63,993 nucleotides of DNA from positions 1 through 63,993 of IMG/VR virus record IMGVR_UViG_3300020432_000008; one strand, written 5' to 3'. The position numbers and the translations under genes are program-made. The DNA is from a virus. Lineage: Duplodnaviria; Caudoviricetes. The notes beneath the pieces were generated by a model. That model saw only the letters and a list, made by a program, of their open reading frames with translations. It was not told the origin of the DNA and made no database searches. Below are positions 26,901-34,683 of the stretch, in pieces (the stretch's first letter is position 1; every line of letters begins with the position of its first letter).

Positions 26901-29900
26901 TAATGGAGCATTGATTGTGGTGGATATACCAGTATAGAAGTATGAACCTCTACCAGCCAAATTATTCTCACCAGCACTCAATGACTTACCATTGGCAGAT
27001 ATACCATTACCAAATAGTCTAGTATTGGTTGTTAGATATGATGTATCAATACCAGCAGTGATAATACCAACATTGAAAGTAATACTTCTAAGTGGTAGAT
27101 CTTCCTCTACACCATCAACTACAAGTGTTCTATCATCAAAGAGTGGGTTCTTAGTTCCTTGAATTACGAAACCATTTCCAGCCACAAGAGAGTGGTTTCC
27201 GTCCGTTCTAATTGTAGTAAGTCCAGTTGCACCTGTTACGTCAATATAAGTTACACCAACACCAATGTTTGCTAAGTGATATGTTGGAACTCTTCTATCA
27301 TCTCTATCTTTAAAGTATGGTTCAAGATTTCTAGCAGTTCCTATCTCAACTGAAATAGATTTAGATGTAGGAATATCTACAATCTTGAATGTGCCATTTA
27401 GTTTTGGATCTTCAAAACCAGTTAAGTTTAATCCATCTCCTAAATGAGAGAATATAGATGTTACTGATACTACACCAGCAACACTAGGAGCACCAGCTGG
27501 GAATGATGATACTGTCATGGTGTTACCTATACCATAACCACAACCACCATCAATTAAGTCAACATCTGTAATAGTACCAGCAGCAGATACAGTAATCTTA
27601 GCAGCGGCATTTCTACCAATCAGTGCATTATTTTCCAGATCCGCAGCATATATGACTGTGGCGATTCCTGATCCGTTATTATATCCAGCGCCAGGATTGA
27701 TAAGTGAGACTGACTTAACTGGGTTGAAATTGTGTTCAACATCAGTAAACAAGGTAACAGTGGTACTACCAGTACCAGTGATGACCGCACCAGTAGCAGC
27801 GAAACCAACTGACTGTCCTTGCATGAAGTAACCAAGAGATTCTTTGGTGATTGATTTCTTCTTATCACTTGTTATAACATCACCAATGATAGATGCACTA
27901 GCATGAGTGATAGCGGGTTCTGGATCTGAGTCGTAGTTGTCCCTATCTTGTTGTGGATATAAGTTTCTAACGTCCTGAGAGAAGGACTTCATAGATACAC
28001 CAAATCCAAGATCCTTATCTAGTGGGACTGATGAACATACTAAGATGACATTGTAAACACCATCTTGTCCAGATGTGCCAGGCACATGAGGTCTGTTCTC
28101 TTGAACCCTGTAAACTGCAAAACTATCTACAGCCTTTGATCTCTGAACTGTAGGTAGTGCTTCAATCTGTTGTTGTGTAGTTCTCTGGTTGACTTGGTTT
28201 AAGAATAAGCCTGGATCTGTGTTGATACCAGTTACAGTGAATTGTTTTGTACTTAGAACATCTGTAATTGGGTGTTCACCATTATATCCTAGTTTTTGTA
28301 CTGATGTGCTATTGTTTACGGAAGATACGTTTCTAATAGTTACAGTATCTCCTTTTACTAATCTATGTGGTTCTTCTGTAGTAAAGGTAAGAGTATTGGA
28401 ATTATATGTAGCGTTCTTAATGATCTTGACGTTCTTAAGTTGAGTTGGATTACTCAAGTCTGCACTCAAGAATGATGCACTACCTACACCAACTGTCTTA
28501 GATTCCTGTAGAATGAAACCAGGCTTCGGAGCACGAGCATTGGTGTGTTCTTTTGGTATAACATATCTTGCCCTGTAAACTCTATCAAGTAAACCTCTGT
28601 TATCTACTCTTCTCTTTAAGAATGTTGTACCTGTTTCTTCTCCAATAATACTTACACCAATAGTGTTGATAGCAGGGAATATTGTGTTAGATGATAGGCT
28701 AGAGGAGGCAGTTAAGTACCAACCACCAACTACATTCTGAACATTATTAATAGTGTATGTGGTCTCATCATACTGCATTGGGTGGCCTGGATCGCCAGGA
28801 GTCTTATCCGATACAGTAGATCTGATAGTTAATTTACCACCACCATTTGATATACCTGTGATGGGTCTACGAGCAACAGCATCGTTAAATGTAGATGCCA
28901 ATTGTATCCTATCTGCAGCCAGTGTACCACCAGAAATCGCAAAATATACCTTGTCATTTATGATACCAGCAGGAGTTTCACCAGTATTACTAAATACCCT
29001 TACTTTCTCTCCATTCACTAATTGATGATTAGTTTTAAGAGTGAATACGTTTGAAATAATATTGTTTACACCAGAGTTTCTAATTACTTCATACTGTTTT
29101 ACTGATGATGTTCCAATACCACTCGGCACTTGCATGAAGATAGGTGCTTCATAAGTTTCTTGTACAGCCTGACCTGATAGAGTATTAACTAAACTTAGGA
29201 ATAACTTATCATTTTGTCTTGCACCAACCTTAAATGAGTCAATCTCATGTGGAGGAACTATTTCCTCATTATTATATCCAAAGAGATATAATCTCTCAGT
29301 AACACCAACACCAATCGTTTTTCTAGTATCAATGGTCAACCATGATACTGTGGAGTCCTCTCTTACAATCTCTCTTGGTGGTATGATATGTGTGATGTAA
29401 CCTACATCATCTCTATCAAATGACTCTGGACGGAAACCTGTAGCCTCAAGAGCAGTCTGTCCAAAGTTAGAGTTAGAGTTGGTGATTGATGCGTCACCGC
29501 CTCGTTCTGCATGGAAGTGTCTAGCGTATGCAATAGCGAAAACAGACACCAACTGGATAACAGAATTATTCCTAGTCCTCATGTGTGAGGTTTCATAATT
29601 CGGTTTGTATATCGCCCTTGAGTTAGAGTGTAGTGGTTTCTCTGACTCTGCTACTGTTGTTGTGTCATTGAAGATCGCAGTGCTAGGATTATATAAGATG
29701 AAGGCGTTGTCGTCTTTCTGAATTGAAATACCAGTAAACTGAGCACAAACCATAGATTTGAAACCAGTTGCCTTGTCTCCATCACAATCCAATCCATTCA
29801 TACCAAACACTGAACGGAGTGATACGTTAAAGATATATGGAGAAGCAGATCCAACAGTATCAGACTCAACAACAATACTGGAATTTTGTATTTCCTGTGC

Positions 29901-30977
29901 TGTTGGGAGTGCATTAGCAGGGATATTAGGAGTCTGGAATGTGAACTGAACAGGACTCAATATCTCATCTACAAGGAATGAACCATTGTAGGAGTTGATT
30001 GCAGTTGTAATACCAGCGATTAATACAGGAGTGTCCTTGAATAATCCATGTGCCTTATTAGAGGTGACTGTAATAGTTGCAGTAGGAGTGTTACCATCAC
30101 CAGCCTTGATAGATGTAACACCAACTGGGTCTGATTGTAAGTCTCCAACAATTCTAAATTCATCTACGTTGGGTTCAAAGTCATCAAATGTTGGGTAATC
30201 ACCAACTGGTCTACCAGAAGCATCTCCATATGCCTGTGCCACCTTGAAGTAGAACATATCAAGGTCAGTCAATCCAGTGTCTGTACCATCAATTAAAACA
30301 TTGTTTATACCATCAGCGTAGGTGAATGTCGCTAATTTATGGTGAGAGTATGAGGGAGTTCTTGTATTACTATCGTAGTCATAGTATGCAGTTTTGGTTA
30401 TGTCTGCATCAAATATGGTGAAAGCAGTAAAGTAACAAGTACCTGTAACCCTAAGAACACCACCATATTCCATGGCATCATTAGCTGGATCAGGAACATA
30501 TAGTGGTCTTAACTTGGTTTTACGAAGATCTAAACCAATAATAGATGTACCACGAGGCATGATAGCACCACCTTCGGTACTATTATACTTGTATAGTTCG
30601 TTATTAGGGTCTAATACATCAAAATTACTTTCTGTAGTAAACTGAGTTAATGTTGTTGTTTGATATCCAGCGTTCTTTCTGCACTTAAATTCTGCATTAC
30701 CATTATTATTTGTTACTGTAAATCCAGGCCTGTTGTCAATATAGTGTACGCCAGGATATGCTAGAATAGTAGTTCTGTCAATCTTATCATTGTTCTTTCC
30801 TGTCTGATATGAAAATCTTGCAGCCTCAATCAATGCCCTTTGAATAGTCTTGAAGGGTCTTGTCTGAGAGTTACCTCTATTTTCTATACTATCTGTTGCA
30901 TCAAAGTCACTGGGATTAACATAGAGAATATTTCCCTCAGCGTTCTTTAGAAAGTTTTCTAATCTTGATAGAGGCAT
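23967..30977 (-). CDS. large virion structural/tail fibre protein with C-terminal peptidase S74 intramolecular chaperone
   Basis: MPLSRLENFLKN start recalled from cyanophage fibres; beta-rich repeats; SDMRLK...GVSAQ...YDKLVPLLIEAVKEL; CTAAATA upstream. Confidence 0.85.
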   Translation of the reverse strand: MPLSRLENFLKNAEGNILYVNPSDFDATDSIENRGNSQTRPFKTIQRALIEAARFSYQTGKNNDKIDRTTILAYPGVHYIDNRPGFTVTNNNGNAEFKCRKNAGYQTTTLTQFTTESNFDVLDPNNELYKYNSTEGGAIMPRGTSIIGLDLRKTKLRPLYVPDPANDAMEYGGVLRVTGTCYFTAFTIFDADITKTAYYDYDSNTRTPSYSHHKLATFTYADGINNVLIDGTDTGLTDLDMFYFKVAQAYGDASGRPVGDYPTFDDFEPNVDEFRIVGDLQSDPVGVTSIKAGDGNTPTATITVTSNKAHGLFKDTPVLIAGITTAINSYNGSFLVDEILSPVQFTFQTPNIPANALPTAQEIQNSSIVVESDTVGSASPYIFNVSLRSVFGMNGLDCDGDKATGFKSMVCAQFTGISIQKDDNAFILYNPSTAIFNDTTTVAESEKPLHSNSRAIYKPNYETSHMRTRNNSVIQLVSVFAIAYARHFHAERGGDASITNSNSNFGQTALEATGFRPESFDRDDVGYITHIIPPREIVREDSTVSWLTIDTRKTIGVGVTERLYLFGYNNEEIVPPHEIDSFKVGARQNDKLFLSLVNTLSGQAVQETYEAPIFMQVPSGIGTSSVKQYEVIRNSGVNNIISNVFTLKTNHQLVNGEKVRVFSNTGETPAGIINDKVYFAISGGTLAADRIQLASTFNDAVARRPITGISNGGGKLTIRSTVSDKTPGDPGHPMQYDETTYTINNVQNVVGGWYLTASSSLSSNTIFPAINTIGVSIIGEETGTTFLKRRVDNRGLLDRVYRARYVIPKEHTNARAPKPGFILQESKTVGVGSASFLSADLSNPTQLKNVKIIKNATYNSNTLTFTTEEPHRLVKGDTVTIRNVSSVNNSTSVQKLGYNGEHPITDVLSTKQFTVTGINTDPGLFLNQVNQRTTQQQIEALPTVQRSKAVDSFAVYRVQENRPHVPGTSGQDGVYNVILVCSSVPLDKDLGFGVSMKSFSQDVRNLYPQQDRDNYDSDPEPAITHASASIIGDVITSDKKKSITKESLGYFMQGQSVGFAATGAVITGTGSTTVTLFTDVEHNFNPVKSVSLINPGAGYNNGSGIATVIYAADLENNALIGRNAAAKITVSAAGTITDVDLIDGGCGYGIGNTMTVSSFPAGAPSVAGVVSVTSIFSHLGDGLNLTGFEDPKLNGTFKIVDIPTSKSISVEIGTARNLEPYFKDRDDRRVPTYHLANIGVGVTYIDVTGATGLTTIRTDGNHSLVAGNGFVIQGTKNPLFDDRTLVVDGVEEDLPLRSITFNVGIITAGIDTSYLTTNTRLFGNGISANGKSLSAGENNLAGRGSYFYTGISTTINAPLTSTDTNITLTSNDGFRRGDYCIINGEVVRFTSDNINNILRGQFGTLASPAITGTTIKKIKVLPMELRRPSILRASGHTFEYLGYGSGNYSTSLPQKQDRVLSDTESLTAQKKELDGGTVVYTGMNDSGDFFTGYKKLSSITGEEEVLEAPVFTYVGDDAEAETIKRASGVFDEVLIRESLTVEGGDNNNRTSQFYGPVNFTEKLTNTSEEGIETVNFSLRGDAPQGKIITVGISTPTSAARSGDISFVGVPAPGGYLGHIFAEGEWRRFGVISQERDRQFAKFDQIGIGQSTQNFAFQDALEVNGVAKIKDLFVSGMVTFQANQTFKGVSYDTLVIKQNANFWGYNTTGGISYDGIPWEDHGYYTQVHENGTSRLYNIETVGTYVTFKPASQIVVEGPMKSTFAGVSTFTGTLKVGNLESTGGTFNGTFVNASNGSFGILEASNQLYAKVGFVTDLHVTVGVVTNGLYADIGITTLSHVTTQYVNENRVFTGIVTNLQVTNSATIANETVTNATITNLTVPSAGGGNADIELANIAQLTSTDITFTDDLIGPDAYFSNDVDSDAMTTRQIGSKYPASPGNEAEQLTIFANAGIYTCIVGFAATIERINMPQGSNGLTAPTIRANVGIITALSAGNGGNMTIDAGSAGQIKSFQFESTATTVPPIKTSSSAKCVNLNADLLDGKTTKDTNWTSGSSIVARDSNGSTKVNVITATLFQGGTGAFPTAITGNNATIGGNNEINNLEVTGTFTAATGTNFAGNAATSTLASNIQIPSGRVPYNNSNNSTTSSANLTFNGTRLTVNSITASSDFDCNASTGTFNNDLVCNGVFRTDNVRIKDNKIDTTSGALKLDADNNSVEVTADINQTGNFNTTGDVTAFVSDMRLKTSLEQIDGAIAKVCKLSGFTYSFNETAGELGFDTETRYAGVSAQQVKEVLPEAVKPAAVGKGYMTVQYDKLVPLLIEAVKELKDEIEELKNGG

Positions 30978-31009
30978 TTTACCTTCAACCTATAAAATTT
31001 CTTCTAACC

Positions 31010-31016
31010 TATTTAG
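31010..31016 (-). promoter_or_regulatory. T4-type late promoter (CTAAATA); other copies at 2313, 14952, 46770, 59640, 63315 (-) and 48054 (+)
   Basis: match to the gp55-type late motif just upstream of structural genes. Confidence 0.7.
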
Positions 31017-31020
31017 ACAT

Positions 31021-31722
31021 CTACAAGAATATCTTCTGAGAGAGTCTATCTTCTGTCTCATACATGCCTGCGGTAATGAATGGTGCCTGTAGGATATCTG
31101 CTGGTATGATGATCGCTCTGTTGTATTCCATTCCAAACATCATCATCTGTTTCCAAGCCAGTACTGATTCATATACATCTTTCCTCAGTGAGAAAGCATC
31201 AGCATCTGCGTACATGTTTTTCAGATCTTCATCAACTGTAGTCTTTCCAGCAAATGCCCAAATATCAGTGCCACCTTGGGCAGTCATATTTTGGTTGAGA
31301 AAAATTTCTACAGTAAATTGAAAAGGACTTGGGTTTTCTGGATAGTAAGCCTGAAATGGTAACAGTTGTAATGGTTGTTTAGCAACTGTGTCCTGATTCA
31401 TCCAATCTACCAAGAAAGGCATGACTGACATGTTTCTTTCCATGAAGTCATGGTCTGTTGGTCTACCCCAAAAATCAACATCATAACATAGTTCTTTGAA
31501 TAATCTCTCAGTATTTTTCCTTAACTCTTCTGTTTCATATACTGATCTCGTTCCTGAGTGATGATTTACTAGATTTATATCTTTTCTTTTTGGTAGTTTA
31601 TGTGCTAAAATTCTTACTTCATCAGGATTTTTGTAGAAATTATCTATCAACATACAGTTCCTTTTTTCAGGACCTACATCAGTAATAGCTATAACTTCTA
31701 ATTGATCACTTAATTCAAACAT
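31021..31722 (-). CDS. DUF6445-like protein, metal ligands degenerate
   Basis: IDNFYKNPD, GGT, YNRAIIIP align with 22996..23763 but HxD and the distal His are absent. Confidence 0.7.
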   Translation of the reverse strand: MFELSDQLEVIAITDVGPEKRNCMLIDNFYKNPDEVRILAHKLPKRKDINLVNHHSGTRSVYETEELRKNTERLFKELCYDVDFWGRPTDHDFMERNMSVMPFLVDWMNQDTVAKQPLQLLPFQAYYPENPSPFQFTVEIFLNQNMTAQGGTDIWAFAGKTTVDEDLKNMYADADAFSLRKDVYESVLAWKQMMMFGMEYNRAIIIPADILQAPFITAGMYETEDRLSQKIFL

Positions 31723-31903
31723 CTTTGTTTCTTTCTTCCACTAAATGTTCAACTTCTGAGGCAACTTTATCCATTACCTCTCTTACGTCAGTTCCTGATC
31801 CAGAGGTATGATAGTAGTCTTGTCCTTTTGGAGCGTAATGTCTGGTGTGGAGTGTCCAATGCCACTGCTTTACACCTTTAGAATACCAAAATTGTAAACG
31901 CAT
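31715..31903 (-). CDS. hypothetical protein
   Basis: ORF track. Confidence 0.65.
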   Translation of the reverse strand: MRLQFWYSKGVKQWHWTLHTRHYAPKGQDYYHTSGSGTDVREVMDKVASEVEHLVEERNKDV

Positions 31904-31922
31904 AAAGTTTTAATTTATATAT

Positions 31923-31941
31923 GAAAGGGGGCAGAGCCCCC
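31923..31941 (-). terminator. terminal hairpin of tmRNA
   Basis: GGGGGCTCTGCCCCC-TTTC. Confidence 0.6.
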
Positions 31942-32215
31942 TATGGTCACTTGGGTAACAAGGAGTAACCAATCCCCGATTGCCCCTTAGGCAGTGACGA
32001 GTTCGTCAGTGCGGGCAAATTCTCTCGTAAGAATACGAGAGAACGCTACGATGTTGTTCGCAGCAGTGTCAGATGATTTTGCATCTGTGGTTTGCTCTCC
32101 GAGCAGGTTTTCAGTCATGCTCCTTGTACCCTGTCGAAACCATTGCACCCCCTAGCTTATGGAGGTGAGGGGAGTCGAACCCCTGTCCAAAATATAGGTT
32201 GCACCACCTACATGT
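31923..32215 (-). ncRNA. ssrA: two-piece (circularly permuted) tmRNA
   Basis: acceptor piece first: GGAC-AGGGG-TTCGACT-CCCCT-CACCTCC-A ending 32160; 7-nt spacer; coding piece starts GGGGGTG-CAATGGTTTCGAC at 32152; G3:U70 pair; tag frame 32061-31987 ANNIVAFSRILTREFARTDELVTA*; outer ends approximate. Confidence 0.92.
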
Positions 32216-32237
32216 CTTTTTGAGTCATACATCAGGA

Positions 32238-32831
32238 CTATACAATCCATTGTATCCAAGAATATCTAACCCCTTTTGTAACTGGAGTGACTTCATGTGG
32301 AAACAAATACAGTGCTGGAAATACTAATACACTTCCCTTCTTTATGTTGACAGTGTGTTCTTCCCAAAATATAAAATCACCGCCTTCAAAGTCATCATTC
32401 AATACACCTACCACACTTGTGACAGGTATTCCTCTAAATTGTCCTTGAAAGAGAGAATGAATGTGATCGTAGTGAGGACTAAGATAATCGCCAACAGCAT
32501 ACTTATTGAATTTTATACCAGAGCTGGCTTCCCAGAATGAACCACCACCGCCAGATCCAACACTATAATAATTATATTTTTCGTGGAAGGCATGATGCAA
32601 CTCATCATTTATATGTGGTTGTATCATAGATGCCGCCTCTGGGCAATCTACAGTTGACTTCATCTTTGAATCTTTATCAAGATCAACATGTTCATTAGTT
32701 GAACCCTGATACCACATGAAATCATCCCATTCACGAGAATCCAAGTAAGAAACTATCTCATCACATTCCTGATGAGATAACAAATCATACTCAAATATAT
32801 GATCTTTAAGATTCGGGTACTTTAGGACCAT
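32238..32831 (-). CDS. 2OG-Fe(II) oxygenase (prolyl-4-hydroxylase-like)
   Basis: HYD, LNDDFEGG, HEVTPVTKGVRYS. Confidence 0.9.
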   Translation of the reverse strand: MVLKYPNLKDHIFEYDLLSHQECDEIVSYLDSREWDDFMWYQGSTNEHVDLDKDSKMKSTVDCPEAASMIQPHINDELHHAFHEKYNYYSVGSGGGGSFWEASSGIKFNKYAVGDYLSPHYDHIHSLFQGQFRGIPVTSVVGVLNDDFEGGDFIFWEEHTVNIKKGSVLVFPALYLFPHEVTPVTKGVRYSWIQWIV

Positions 32832-32955
32832 CCTGTAAAACCTGTTTACCAGTTTGTTTAGCAATATATGCCGCTAACTCTGGAGTTTCTTCCCATTCCC
32901 ATATCTGATTATGTTGGGGATTTTTTTTCTCAATCGTGTGTGTGCGTTTTACCAT
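32806..32955 (-). CDS. small hypothetical protein
   Basis: MVKRTHTIEKKNPQH...; GAGG RBS. Confidence 0.6.
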   Translation of the reverse strand: MVKRTHTIEKKNPQHNQIWEWEETPELAAYIAKQTGKQVLQDGPKVPES

Positions 32956-33217
32956 TTTCAACCTCCTCTGATAATAGTGCGATTTCATGCTCGAGTCCAA
33001 CGATTCTAAGTTCTGCATCATTAGCAGATCTCTCAAGGGCTCTTACTTTAGTACTCAATTTTGCAATCTCTTTACCGAAGGCATCAATGTTTTGGAGTAA
33101 TAGATTGTTTCCAAAACTCTGTGGATGGCCTTTTTCAGCGTAGGCAGTATCTTCTACTTCCTCGCATTTCTGGAGGTACTCCTCCTTTGTCATTCTGTTT
33201 TTCTTTGTGTCAGTCAT
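32930..33217 (-). CDS. coiled-coil hypothetical protein
   Basis: ORF track, ATGA coupling. Confidence 0.7.
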   Translation of the reverse strand: MTDTKKNRMTKEEYLQKCEEVEDTAYAEKGHPQSFGNNLLLQNIDAFGKEIAKLSTKVRALERSANDAELRIVGLEHEIALLSEEVENGKTHTHD

Positions 33218-33741
33218 GGGTATTCCATGTAAAGGTTTCCAGATATTGTAGATCCCTCATTGCCTGAATTAACCATGTGCATGAGGAATGATGGGAATAT
33301 AATAATACTCCCAGGCTCAAGATTAGGCTTATAGTCTAACGGAAAATAAGGATTTGTGCAACCTATATGATTCTGTATATTATGTATTGAAGGATTAAAG
33401 AAGGCTGTCCTTGATGTTACATCAACATAAATTACAAAACTCCACTGACTTTTAGGGTGTATGTGAGCATCCTGATAGTGATGTTTTTCATAGACATTTT
33501 TCCATATATGCCCGAACCTTGCGTTCTCTCCCATCAAGTTTGCTGGGTACAAGTTCCTTTCTATAACTTCAGATAGATATCTCCATATATCCTCTGGAAT
33601 CAGTTCTTGTTTTTGTGATGAGAAAGTAGAAGGAACACCAGAATCCCATGTTGGTTCTAGTGGAGCTCTAGGAATGATATCAAATTTAGTTACATCAACC
33701 TTGTCTTCAAAGATAGGTATTCCAAAGATTTCTTTTTTCAT
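33214..33741 (-). CDS. 2OG-Fe(II) oxygenase (TIGR02466-like)
   Basis: QDAHIH, SFVIY, FPSFLMH. Confidence 0.85.
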   Translation of the reverse strand: MKKEIFGIPIFEDKVDVTKFDIIPRAPLEPTWDSGVPSTFSSQKQELIPEDIWRYLSEVIERNLYPANLMGENARFGHIWKNVYEKHHYQDAHIHPKSQWSFVIYVDVTSRTAFFNPSIHNIQNHIGCTNPYFPLDYKPNLEPGSIIIFPSFLMHMVNSGNEGSTISGNLYMEYP

Positions 33742-34370
33742 TTTGAAGGTAGAGGTACTTTTCTCATTGTTTTATATACCAGACTAGATCTTAGTCCACG
33801 ATACTTTTCATTTGGTGGCATACCATGATGCCATATATTTCCTTTGAAGAATATAACTCTGCCTGGGGCAGGGTCTACCCCTTCCCACTTATCATTTAAC
33901 TTATACATCAACTGACCTCCCCACTCTGGATTCCACTCTTTGTTTATATAATAACAGAAACTGAGGCCATTGTCACATGTACAATCCTGATGTGGTGTTG
34001 TGTTATGTATCCACTGTTGTCCATTTATCATTATCTCTCCCAGTTCTACTTCAAATGGTAGAGTATTCATAACAGCACTGTAGATCATTTTGAAGGCACT
34101 GTCCTGTGCAATGTCACTCCTGTCTGGAGGAAATATCTGTTGTTTCAAGGCTGGCGCCTCTTCCCATGTAGGATCTGCACCCACATCTCTACCATCTTCA
34201 GCATATCCGCTGGTGTGTCCCCAGAACCAGTTGTATCCTGTCATCACCATATCATGAACATGGTGAACAAACCAAGGCGGAAAGATGTAATCTACAACAT
34301 ATATCTCGTCTTTCGATAAGTCATACTTAGACCAATCTAAAAATTCTTGTCGGCAATCAATGTAAATCAT
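33738..34370 (-). CDS. 2OG-Fe(II) oxygenase
   Basis: PHQD, YINKEWNPEWGG, WHHG, LRSSL. Confidence 0.88.
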   Translation of the reverse strand: MIYIDCRQEFLDWSKYDLSKDEIYVVDYIFPPWFVHHVHDMVMTGYNWFWGHTSGYAEDGRDVGADPTWEEAPALKQQIFPPDRSDIAQDSAFKMIYSAVMNTLPFEVELGEIMINGQQWIHNTTPHQDCTCDNGLSFCYYINKEWNPEWGGQLMYKLNDKWEGVDPAPGRVIFFKGNIWHHGMPPNEKYRGLRSSLVYKTMRKVPLPSK

Positions 34371-34683
34371 GTGGCATGCTTTTCAATTCACTTTCGGGTA
34401 GAGGTTCAAAAGGTTTCCTCAAACTCTTTCTGATATCATTATGTAATCTCTCAACTGCTGAAGGTAATCCCTGTTGCCCAGGCAATTCTTTTTCAGCTGT
34501 TGCTGTTACATCTACAATATGTGGTGGCAGTGGTTTAGGAGCATCTATCCTCCTGTAAGTAAACTCCTCACCTTCATGTAATTCTAAAGTTCTGATTGCA
34601 TACTCCTCGTGGCTGCAATCACAATACTTCTGTCCTAGACTATCATAAACAGTCCAAAATGGGTAGAAATGTTCTGGTATCAT
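34357..34683 (-). CDS. hypothetical protein
   Basis: ORF track, coupled. Confidence 0.7.
   Translation of the reverse strand: MIPEHFYPFWTVYDSLGQKYCDCSHEEYAIRTLELHEGEEFTYRRIDAPKPLPPHIVDVTATAEKELPGQQGLPSAVERLHNDIRKSLRKPFEPLPESELKSMPHDLH

Noticed and set aside
23967-30977. Diversity-generating retroelement or invertase-driven fibre variation
   Set aside because: No reverse transcriptase, recombinase or template/variable repeat pair seen in this window
32140-32190. tRNA gene or integration attP
   Set aside because: No anticodon arm; the halves are permuted and a tag frame follows, so it is tmRNA; no integrase in the window
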